A DNA stretch of 59,093 bases, from positions 1-59,093 of the forward strand of contig VFJJ01000142.1 of the NCBI GenBank assembly GCA_009886115.1, written 5' to 3'. Shown here piece by piece: positions 47,619 through 55,968 of this stretch (the stretch's first letter is position 1; the number at the start of each line of letters is the position of its first letter). The position numbers and the translations under genes are program-made. Below the pieces are notes generated by a model. The model was not told the DNA's origin. It saw nothing but the letters and a program-made list of their open reading frames with translations, and made no database searches. This DNA is from Actinomycetota bacterium. GTDB taxonomy: Bacteria; Actinomycetota; Acidimicrobiia; IMCC26256; VFJJ01.

Positions 47619-48701
47619 TCACGCGCTCACAGGTTCGAGCGCCGACAGGATGCGCTCTCGTACCACGGCCGGATCGAGCAATGCTCCCATTCCGAAGCCC
47701 GAACCATCGGTGGAGATACCGCCGATCGCCACCACGGGGCAGCGTCCCAGCACAGAGAGACGAACGTCGTCGATCATCTGGCCGGCGTTGTTCTCGAGCA
47801 CGGCAACCGTCCGGACGTGAGACCCCGACGCAGCCGCGGCCACCGCGGGCTCGGGGAACGGCCACAAGGTGATGGGCCGTACGTAACCCACCCGATGGCC
47901 CTCGGCGCGGAGCTCCTTCACGACGTAGCGCACGAACTTGGCCAGCGTGCCGAAGGCGACCACGATCACCTCGGCGTCGTCGCAGAACGCCGTCTCGGAA
48001 CGTTGCTCCTGCTCGCGCATGACGGCCCACTTCTCGGCCAGCCGAAGCCAGTGAGCTTGCGGGCCCACATGGGGCCGGCCGACCTTGTCGAAGCCGAGGG
48101 AGCTGACGAGCTTGGCGTCGAGCGTGCCCGAGGACGACCCGTCGACCGCCCACGGCTTGTCGGGCACGGGGCCGTAGTCGATCTCGGTGACCTCGACGGC
48201 CTCGTAGGTGTGGGTGAGGAGGTAATCGCCCATGAACAAGACGGGGTTGCGCCACTTCTCGGCGAGCCAGAACGCGAGCTGGCAGTGCTCGACCGCCTCG
48301 GTCACGTCCATCGGGGCCAAAACGATCTGGCGATAGTCGCCATGGCCACCGCCGCGTGTGGACTGGTAGTAGTCGTACTGGCCGCGAGCGATGTTGAACA
48401 ACACGATGGGCAGCTCCGCCATGGTGATCTCGGAAAAGCTCTCCTGCATGAGCGAGAGGCCCTGGCCCGTGCTCCCGGTAGCTGCCCGATTCCCGGTGGC
48501 GACAGCACCCCAGGCCATTCCCACCGCCTCGAGCTCCGACTCGGCGTTGATGCACACCCCGCCGACCTTGGGCAGCTTCACCGCGAAGTGCTCGAGCACC
48601 TCGGTGAACGGGGTCATCGGATACCCGGCAAAGAACCGGCAGCCGGCGACGACCGCCGCCTCGGCGATGGCCTCCGACCCTTCCATCAACCGCTTGCTCA
48701 C
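47619..48701 (-). CDS. 2-oxoacid:ferredoxin oxidoreductase alpha subunit (VOR-like)
   Basis: GSEAIAEAA, YPMTP, AESE, GLSLMQE, GGGHGDY, RPITLWPFP, ENNAGQM. Confidence 0.92.
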   Translation of the reverse strand: MSKRLMEGSEAIAEAAVVAGCRFFAGYPMTPFTEVLEHFAVKLPKVGGVCINAESELEAVGMAWGAVATGNRAATGSTGQGLSLMQESFSEITMAELPIVLFNIARGQYDYYQSTRGGGHGDYRQIVLAPMDVTEAVEHCQLAFWLAEKWRNPVLFMGDYLLTHTYEAVEVTEIDYGPVPDKPWAVDGSSSGTLDAKLVSSLGFDKVGRPHVGPQAHWLRLAEKWAVMREQEQRSETAFCDDAEVIVVAFGTLAKFVRYVVKELRAEGHRVGYVRPITLWPFPEPAVAAAASGSHVRTVAVLENNAGQMIDDVRLSVLGRCPVVAIGGISTDGSGFGMGALLDPAVVRERILSALEPVSA

Positions 48702-49057
48702 GATCGGTCTCCCTTGGGGCCATTGGAGGCCTTGGGGCCATTGGAGGCATTGGCCTTGGCCGCAGGGCCCGTCACGGAGCCAGCGTCGGGGTCATCGTTC
48801 ACCTCGACGGCATGCTCGAGGGGCGTCGTGTACTTGAAGACCTCGAAACAGAAGTCGGGGCAGACCATGACGCAGGCCGCGCACCCGGTGCATCCGGCGC
48901 GCAGCATGGGATAGCGAAATCCCTTGCTGTTGACCGCGCTCGACATGTCGAGGACCTTGGGCGGGCACACCGGGATGCAGAGGTCGCAGCCCTTGCAGCG
49001 CTCGATGGCGATGGTGACGGTTCCTCTGGTCTTGACCGTGACCATGTGGGTGCTCAT
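48698..49057 (-). CDS. 2-oxoacid oxidoreductase delta subunit (2x[4Fe-4S])
   Basis: CKGCDLCIPVCP and CTGCAACVMVCP; 18-bp duplication (ASNGPK x2) at 48712-48747. Confidence 0.92.
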   Translation of the reverse strand: MSTHMVTVKTRGTVTIAIERCKGCDLCIPVCPPKVLDMSSAVNSKGFRYPMLRAGCTGCAACVMVCPDFCFEVFKYTTPLEHAVEVNDDPDAGSVTGPAAKANASNGPKASNGPKGDRS

Positions 49058-49638
49058 ACCGGCGCTCCCGTGCTCTGCCAGGCTGGTGCCGCCAAGGCCT
49101 CGACCGACTCGTGACCCAGGCGGATGGCCCGCTCGTTCATCTCGATGTGCTGCTGGCGGTACGACGGGATCGAGCCGCGCATCGCCTCCACCGCCGACTC
49201 CAGGCCGACGAGCCCGGTGATGGCCACGTAGGCCCCGGTCATGACCATCGATGCCGCGAGGAGGTTGCCGACCGTCGTGGCGGCCAGCGTGGTGACGGGC
49301 ACCTCGAAGACCCGATACCGATCGCGGTCGATCTCGGCCTCGAAGAGCGTCGAGTTCACGAGCAGAACGGCCCCGTCGCGGAGCTTGGCTCGGGTGGGTT
49401 CCCAGAACTCGTGGTGCATGGCGATCGCCGACCAGGTCTTGGCGATGATCGGGGGAGCGTCGAGTGTCCCGTCGGAGACCACGACGGTGGAGTCGGTGTT
49501 CCCCCCGCGCATCATCCCGCCGTACACGCCGAAGAACATGACCCCGCGGCCCTCCAACGTGGCGGCCCGGGCGATCACCTGGGCGGCGAGCTGCACGCCC
49601 TGGCCGCCGATCCCGGTCAGCATCAACTCACGTTCCAC
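49054..49638 (-). CDS. 2-oxoacid oxidoreductase gamma subunit
   Basis: TGIGGQGV, YGGMMRGG, N..AI..G; GTG start at 49638 overlaps the TetR end. Confidence 0.9.
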   Translation of the reverse strand: MERELMLTGIGGQGVQLAAQVIARAATLEGRGVMFFGVYGGMMRGGNTDSTVVVSDGTLDAPPIIAKTWSAIAMHHEFWEPTRAKLRDGAVLLVNSTLFEAEIDRDRYRVFEVPVTTLAATTVGNLLAASMVMTGAYVAITGLVGLESAVEAMRGSIPSYRQQHIEMNERAIRLGHESVEALAAPAWQSTGAPV

Positions 49639-50368
49639 CAGGCGCTCCCTGTCTCGTGCTCGGGTCGTTGACCGTTGCGCCCAGTCCTCGCAGGACGAAG
49701 GCGACCACGTGCTCGGTGTCGCGGCGCGACGGCGTCGTGCGCTCGACGAGGTGTCGATGCATGCGTCCCATGGCCAGTTGGTACGCGGCATCGGCACCGC
49801 GGCGTACGTCGGTGTCGGCTGGGAGTTGCCCGGCGGTCACGGCATCGGCGACGGCGGTGAGCAGCAGCTCGGTGAGCGCCTCGATCGAAGCATGCTGCTC
49901 GGTCGGGAAGGCGTCGGTCAGACGATCGCCGCTCAGAGCGAAGGGCCGGGTTCGAGCGGCAGCCTCGGGATCGACCGCCTGGGCGAGGACGCCTTCGACC
50001 CACCGCCGGATGCGACCGAGCGGGTGCGGCGCGCCGTCCATCCGGTGAGCCAGGTACGACACGAGCCGCCGCCGGCCGTCGTCGAGGATGGCCACGAGCA
50101 GCTCGTCCTTGGAGCGGAAGTGGCGGTAGAACGCCTGGTTGGAGAGGCGGGCCTCGGCGACGATCTCGCTCACCTTGGGATCGACGCTGCCCGTGCGCGA
50201 CACCACCCGGTACGTGGCGTCGACGAGGCGTTGCACCTCGTCGACCGATACGGAGTACCGCGCGGCCACCGAGCGTTGAGCGACGTCGAGGACGATCGGG
50301 CGGGCCTGATCGTCGTCTGTCCAAGGAGCGTCCGTCCTTGGAGTGATTGAGGGAACGGCATTCCGCAT
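49628..50368 (-). CDS. TetR/AcrR family transcriptional regulator
   Basis: VSEIVAEARLSNQAFYRHFRSKDELL HTH; start codon uncertain. Confidence 0.9.
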   Translation of the reverse strand: MRNAVPSITPRTDAPWTDDDQARPIVLDVAQRSVAARYSVSVDEVQRLVDATYRVVSRTGSVDPKVSEIVAEARLSNQAFYRHFRSKDELLVAILDDGRRRLVSYLAHRMDGAPHPLGRIRRWVEGVLAQAVDPEAAARTRPFALSGDRLTDAFPTEQHASIEALTELLLTAVADAVTAGQLPADTDVRRGADAAYQLAMGRMHRHLVERTTPSRRDTEHVVAFVLRGLGATVNDPSTRQGAPGGT

Positions 50369-50385
50369 TCTCGGAATACTATTTC
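50353..50385. promoter_or_regulatory. Candidate TetR operator in the divergent promoter
   Basis: AT-rich patch with palindrome attccg-cattct-cggaat (50360-50377) and overlapping GAAT/ATTC half-sites. Confidence 0.5.
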
Positions 50386-50449
50386 GGGCGCTGGGTTCGC
50401 GCAATCACGTAGCTTCAGAGACAGCGAGATCGTCGACGGGAGCCCGGCC

Positions 50450-51808
50450 ATGAGCGATCAGAACTCGGCGCGCGAGATCTCCCGTGAGAGCGACCTCGGT
50501 GACGACCGCTTCTTCGACCCCGACATCGAGACCGCCTCTCGTTCGGCCTTGGCGGCGTTGCACGAGGAGAAGCTCCTCGAGCTCGTCCCCTACGCCTACG
50601 AGCGCTCGCCGTTCTACCGCAAGCACTGGAGCGAGGCCGGCGTCCACCCCCGCGACATCTTGACCGTCGACGACTTCCGTGAGCGCATCCCCTTCATGGA
50701 CAAGGACGCCATCCGAGCGTTCCGTGACGCGCATGGCGATCCGTACGGCGGGCTGCTGTGCATCCCCGAGTCCGAGCTCACTGCCATCAACTCCACGTCG
50801 GGCACCACGGGCGACCCGACGCTGGTTCCCGAGCGATGGGCGGCGGGAGGCTCCGGCCCGGCGTTGGCGCGCGACTTCTGGGAGCTGGGGGTGCGCCCGG
50901 GCGACCATGTCGCCATCCCGATGTTCACGTTCCGCGGACCGATCTACAACTTCCCGCACGTCCTCGGCGCCGTGCCCCTGATCTTCGACCACTCCCCGGC
51001 GGAGCTCCCGCGAATCTGCGAGCTCGTGCGTCGGTATCGGCCCACGAGCTGGTACACGATGAGCGGGCCATTCCTGCTGGCGCTGGCCGAGCTGGAGCAG
51101 TCCACCGACGTCGACCTCCGCGACGTGTTCTCGAGCTTCTCGTCGATCGTCTTCGCAGGCGAGCCCTTGGGAGTGAGGGCCAAGGCCAACGCCGAGCGCT
51201 GGGGCATGCCGCTGTTCCACCACTCCGCGGCCGGTGACGTGGGCGCGGCGTTCGAGTGTCGCGAGCACGACGGCCTGCACGTGTGGGAGGACGTCGGCTT
51301 CTACGAGTGCATCGAGCCCGACGCCACCGGTCCGGGCGACGCCACGCCGGTTGCCGACGGGGCTGTCGGCGAGCTCGTGGCCACCTCGCTGGGCAGCGAC
51401 GTGTTCCCGCTCATCCGCTACCGGTCCGACGATCTCGACCGCTTCACCCGGCAGCGATGTGCCTGTGGTCGTACCCATGCCCGGCTGTGGACCTTGGGGC
51501 GCAAGGGTGACGAGGTGATCGTCGACGGTCGCTCGGTGCTCCCGGTCGACGTGTGGGGTGCCGTCGAGGCGCTCGACGAGACCGCGGCCGGCCTGTTCCA
51601 GATCATCCGCACGCAGCGCCAGGTCGACGTGCTGCGTCTCCGGGTCGGATACGCCGGCGCTCCCAGCGACCTGGGCGCGTTGGCCGGGCTCATCGCCGAC
51701 TCGGTCGAGGCCGGTGTCGGCGTCCGTCCGCAGGTCGAGCTGGTCGCCAACGCCGAGCTGCTGAAGCTGGGCCCGCCCCACAAGATCCCCCGCGTGGCCA
51801 AGCGGTAG
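50450..51808 (+). CDS. Phenylacetate-CoA ligase (PaaK-like) family protein
   Basis: AYERSPFYR, TSGTTGDPT, AGEP, GLHVWED, GELVATSL, PLIRYR, C.CGRTH.R. Confidence 0.9.
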   Translation: MSDQNSAREISRESDLGDDRFFDPDIETASRSALAALHEEKLLELVPYAYERSPFYRKHWSEAGVHPRDILTVDDFRERIPFMDKDAIRAFRDAHGDPYGGLLCIPESELTAINSTSGTTGDPTLVPERWAAGGSGPALARDFWELGVRPGDHVAIPMFTFRGPIYNFPHVLGAVPLIFDHSPAELPRICELVRRYRPTSWYTMSGPFLLALAELEQSTDVDLRDVFSSFSSIVFAGEPLGVRAKANAERWGMPLFHHSAAGDVGAAFECREHDGLHVWEDVGFYECIEPDATGPGDATPVADGAVGELVATSLGSDVFPLIRYRSDDLDRFTRQRCACGRTHARLWTLGRKGDEVIVDGRSVLPVDVWGAVEALDETAAGLFQIIRTQRQVDVLRLRVGYAGAPSDLGALAGLIADSVEAGVGVRPQVELVANAELLKLGPPHKIPRVAKR

Positions 51809-51853
51809 CCCGTCGCCCACGGCCCGCGCCCCGCCCGCCAGCCCCGTCCCGAG

Positions 51854-51888
51854 AGCCCGACAGCGCAGCCCGACAGCGCAGCCCGACA
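51854..51888. repeat. 13-bp tandem repeat (agcccgacagcgc, 2 copies plus a partial)
   Basis: Read directly in the spacer between the ligase and the next gene. Confidence 0.8.
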
Positions 51889-51911
51889 ACCGGAGACCCG
51901 AGAGGAACCAG

Positions 51912-52577
51912 ATGGCCCGCACCATTGCACCGCCCGAGCTGTGGGGAGTCGGCCAGTTCCGCGTCGGCGCCGGGTCGGTCACCTGGGAGCTGTCGCAGGC
52001 CGAGATCATGCGCGATGCCCAGTCGGCCACCGGCGTCCTCTCGGCGATCGGCTTGGCGCCCGGAGGCCGGGTCCTCGTCACCTCGTTGCTCTCGGAGGCC
52101 CCACACGTGTGGCCGCTCACGCTCGGGGTCCTGATGAACGGCGCGCAGCTCTCGTCGGCCGACGCCACCCCGTTCGATGCGTACCGCACGGCGATGTTCC
52201 TCCGCACGCTCCGCTACGACATGGCCCTGGGCGTGAGCGACGCCGTGGTCGACGGGCTCGAGCAGATGGGAGTTGATCTGGCGACCGCCTTCGCCGATGT
52301 GGCCGTGATCGTCGCCCGAGGAGTCGCCTACGACCGGCTGGAGAGCGCGGGCCTGCGGCCGACACGGATGCTGCTGCTCGGACCGGCCACCGCCATCGCC
52401 CGGGCCCCTGGCGGGCCGGCCGAGGTCGATCCCGAGCTGTGGGCCCTCGACACGGTCGACGGCCAAGTCGTCGTCACCAGCCTCACCGAACGTCGACAGG
52501 CGTTCGCGCGTCAGCCGACGGGCGTCGCGGGCACAGTCGACGGCTCCCGCGTGATCCTCGCTCGAGGCTCATCCTGA
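51912..52577 (+). CDS. Hypothetical protein, possibly a truncated non-catalytic PaaK-like subunit
   Basis: GAGG RBS; GLAPGGRVLV and GQVVVTSL echo GVRPGDHV and GELVATSL of the upstream ligase; no P-loop. Confidence 0.7.
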   Translation: MARTIAPPELWGVGQFRVGAGSVTWELSQAEIMRDAQSATGVLSAIGLAPGGRVLVTSLLSEAPHVWPLTLGVLMNGAQLSSADATPFDAYRTAMFLRTLRYDMALGVSDAVVDGLEQMGVDLATAFADVAVIVARGVAYDRLESAGLRPTRMLLLGPATAIARAPGGPAEVDPELWALDTVDGQVVVTSLTERRQAFARQPTGVAGTVDGSRVILARGSS

Positions 52578-53685
52578 GCCGCCCCGGCGGGGCCTGAGCT
52601 GTGCCAACGCCCGTTCCTCAACCTTGCCGCGAGGTGGCGACAGCTCCGGCGACGAGTTCTTGTTCCCGCGCGGGCTGGTTGGTCGTCGGCGCCGATCTTC
52701 GAGGTGGTCGCGGATGTCGACGTGGCCGAAGTGTTCAGCCCATCCGGCCGCAGTGGCGTTGTGATCGTCGTCGATGATGGATGGGTCAGCGCCGAGCGCG
52801 ATGAGAGCGTGGACGATCTCCATCGTGCCGAGCATGGCCGCTTCGTGAAGTGCGGTGGTGTGGTTCTTCGCGTTGACATGCCATCCAAGCTCGCCGAGTT
52901 GGCGGATGGTGTCGACTGGCTTGGCGAGTTCGCAGGCGACACGTATGAGGTCGGGTATGTGCTCTCGAGCGGTGGCTGGTTCGGTGAGGCGGTCTCCGAA
53001 GCGCCGGTACCACGGACCATCCGACGGATTGCCGAAGCCGCGCTCGAAGAGAGCCTCCAGCCAATCGATGTCGTCGTCGGGCCGGGCGTTCCCGATGCCA
53101 GCGTTGTAGATGGCCTGCCCGTCGTTGGGGTCGGCCCCAGCCTCGAGCAGCACCCGGAGCAACTTGACGTGATCGACATGCGCTCGGCTTCCTTGCTCGC
53201 CACGGCCGATCGCACCGGTGATCGCGGTGAACGGTGGCAGCAGGCCATCCCAGAGAAATCCGCTGTTCGGACGGCGCCAAACTGCAGCAACACTCGAGGG
53301 GTTTCCGTGAAGTCGTGCACTGGGTCGCCCGTGACGAGTCGCGAGTAGGTCGCATACAGCATGGGAGGCCAATCGAAGGGCCCACCCGAACGACTGGCCG
53401 CAGCACCATCTTCGGACACGAGCCGTGCGACCACCGCGTGATCGCCGGCCGCAGCCGCGGCGAAGACAGACGACGAGACAAGCGCCGGGTTCGATCGCCA
53501 CAGTTCGAACGCAGCCGCGGGACGACTCGCTGAGTCGTCGCCATGGTTCATGCACGCCAACCGAACCAGCTCGTCACCGTCGCGCGCGGTCGCGCCGCCG
53601 AGCTGTTCATGCGGCGACCGGCTCAGCGGTCGCATCGCTTCGACACACCGCACGAGGTTGGGCCAGCTTGCGAACCCATGAGCCC
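52569..53685 (-). pseudogene. Ankyrin-repeat protein pseudogene
   Basis: GFASWP, GGPFDWPPMLYATYSR, GADPND, TALHEAA..GADP; 5'-truncated, 1-bp frameshift near 53271, probable internal deletion. Confidence 0.8.
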
Positions 53686-53805
53686 GCAGCGCATGCACAT
53701 CCGCAGGTGGACCCACTGGCTGCCGATGCGCAGGCAGTCTTCGCAGCCGTCACTCGTTGGGGTCACCTCGGTCACGGTGTCGAGGTGGGTGCAGGTGTCA
53801 GCCAT
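53683..53805 (-). pseudogene. UBP-type zinc finger, N-terminal fragment
   Basis: MADTCTHLD...GCEDCL..G..WVHLRMCMRCG, ending before the expected HVGCCD. Confidence 0.8.
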
Positions 53806-54247
53806 GGCGGGGGCCTCCGTTCGGTCGTTCGAGCGCGTCGCGGTCCCACGCTGCTGTCGTAGCCGCGGCGTCATAGGTGCTTTGCAGGAAGTCGAGCAGT
53901 GCGGCGTTGGGGTCGGCGAAAGTGCGGACGAGCTCGTAGGGGAACGGGATGGCATCGGGGATCTCGACAGGCATCGGCCAGATCTCGGTGGCCACGCCGA
54001 GGTCGTCGAGGATGCCCATGACCGCGGCGTAGAAGTTGGCCACCGGACGGGGTTCGAGGTCGAGGGACCGGGTGGCGCCGGCGACGGTGGTCACATCGAG
54101 TCGATGGTCGAGGAAGTCGAAGTCGATCTGGAACGCCGGTCCGGTCGGATGTGGCATCAGCGACGTGGTCAGTCCGCGGGCCGAGACGTACAGGGGCAGT
54201 TTCCACCAGTGGTTGGTGAGTGGCTCGTTGGCAAGCCGGACCTTGCC
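53798..54247 (-). pseudogene. DUF5996-like protein remnant
   Basis: GKVRLA...NHWW..LYVSARGLTTS, FQIDFDFLDHRL, PVEIPDAIPF joined directly to C-terminal PYE.VR..DP..LL.FLQSTY..AA..WDR. Confidence 0.78.
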
Positions 54248-54501
54248 GCGATCACGAACCCGTTGGCCGCCTCGAGCCTTTCCCGGAAACGCTGGGCGCC
54301 CGGAGGCAGTCCGCCGGATTCCTCGACGTCGCCGTCGAAGGACGGCGCGTCGAAGTCAGCCATGGAAGCCAGGTCGACCGTGGCGCCGTTGGCCTCGATC
54401 ATCTTGGCGGCCAGCTCAGCCAGGCGGGCATTGAGCGAGCCTGCGCGCAGCGACGCCGCAAACACGAGAAACCGCAGCGGCTCGCGGCCTTCGACCGTCA
54501 C
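54248..54501 (-). pseudogene. NADPH-dependent FMN reductase, N-terminal fragment
   Basis: GGAGG RBS, LVFAASLRAGSLN..LA, P.FDGDVE, GFVIA then breaks before the expected PEYN motif. Confidence 0.8.
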
Positions 54502-54807
54502 GATGTCACCCTCCGCGTCTGCATCGATCGCTCCTGCTCGTCCGGCTACCTGTAAACGGCTCGTTCTCCCAACCGAGGGCGACGAGCACGACGCAGGTGG
54601 GGTAGGACAGGCCTGAGCGAGGCAACGTGGCTGGGTGTGTTCGGCAATCTGGTGCAGCGCGCCTCGTCGGAAGGTCGGATCTCGAGCGGGTGCTGTCGTC
54701 GAGGCAGGTGAGGCGCCCGGGGTTCGCGGCTGCTGGAGTCGGAGAAACGGCACGGAAGGCCCGAATCGACTCCGGCGGGGTTCCCGAAAACCACGCTCCG
54801 CGCGAAG

Positions 54808-55893
54808 ATGCCTCAGATCGACGCCTTCCGCACCTCGTCCTCGAACCCAGAGTGGAGATCCCATGGCGCCGTCGGCGACACCATGATCTCCGACCTGCTC
54901 AGCACCCTCCATCGGCTGTGGACCGGTCCGGTCGATTCCAGCAGCGACGTCCTGGCCGAGTGCCTGAGCGCCGGGCGGGCTGCGCTGTCGATGTCGACGG
55001 GCTTCGTGGCCGAGATCATCGACGACGAGATCTGCGTCCGGGCCGTCGACTCCGATGACCCGTCGCTCGGGCTCGGCGACTGCCTTGCACTGGCCCATTC
55101 CCCCTGCGCCGAGCTCGTCCGGACCGGCCGTTCGGTCGTCACCGACGGCTTGTCGAGCGCCGCCTCCGACGGCGCGCTGGACCTATCGCAGGCGGATACC
55201 GCAACGATGCTCGGCCGGGCCTCCGCACACTCGTCGGTCTGGATCCCGGTCCACGTCGGGGGACGGCTCTTCGGCGCCCTCGTGTTCGCTGATCGGGATC
55301 GGATCGACCCGTTCTCCGATGTCGACCGCGCCTTCGTCGAGCTCCTGGCCTGTCGGGCCGGGTCGGCCCTCGAGAGCGAGTGGCTGTCGGAAGCGGCACT
55401 CCACGATCAGCTGACCGGCCTGCCGAACGGGCGTCTGCTCATCGATCGACTCCGCCAGGCATTGGCCCGTCGAGGCCGCCAGTCGGGTGTGCTCGCCGTC
55501 TTGTTCGTCGATCTCGACCAGTTCAAGCGGGTGAACGACACGTGGCGGCACGAGGGTGGCGACATCGTCCTGCGTGAGACGGCGCGGCGGATCGCTCGGG
55601 CCGTGCGACCGGGCGACACCGTGGCCCGTCCGCACGGCGACGAGTTCGTCGTCGTCTGCGAGGACATCCCCGACACGGCGCGGGCCGAGGCGTTGGCCCT
55701 CAGGATCGTCGCTGGCGTCTCGGAGCCCGTGCTGATCGGCCACGACAGCGTGACGGTCACGTGCTCGGTCGGGATCGCGCTGATCGGAGACGATCCGGCA
55801 ACGGCCGAGAGCGTCCTCGACCGGGCCGACGCCGCGATGTTCCGAGCCAAGGCTGCAGGCCGCAACGGGATCGAGCTCAGCATCGGCCTGTGA
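54808..55893 (+). CDS. GAF-GGDEF diguanylate cyclase-like protein (HGDEF variant)
   Basis: GAF (PC..V, PVHVGGRLFGAL), HDQLTGLPN, DLDQFKRVND, RPGD I-site, ARPHGDEF, ADAAMFRAK..GRN. Confidence 0.9.
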   Translation: MPQIDAFRTSSSNPEWRSHGAVGDTMISDLLSTLHRLWTGPVDSSSDVLAECLSAGRAALSMSTGFVAEIIDDEICVRAVDSDDPSLGLGDCLALAHSPCAELVRTGRSVVTDGLSSAASDGALDLSQADTATMLGRASAHSSVWIPVHVGGRLFGALVFADRDRIDPFSDVDRAFVELLACRAGSALESEWLSEAALHDQLTGLPNGRLLIDRLRQALARRGRQSGVLAVLFVDLDQFKRVNDTWRHEGGDIVLRETARRIARAVRPGDTVARPHGDEFVVVCEDIPDTARAEALALRIVAGVSEPVLIGHDSVTVTCSVGIALIGDDPATAESVLDRADAAMFRAKAAGRNGIELSIGL

Positions 55894-55968
55894 CGAGCGC
55901 GGCAGTGCGCCCCGGTGGGATGCGGGTCGGCCGCCGGTCGGCCGCCGGTCATCGGTCGGTCAGCGGCG

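Noticed and set aside
54502..54807. IS end or further gene remnant between the mosaic and the GGDEF gene
   Set aside because: No transposase motif, paired terminal repeats or recognisable protein fragment
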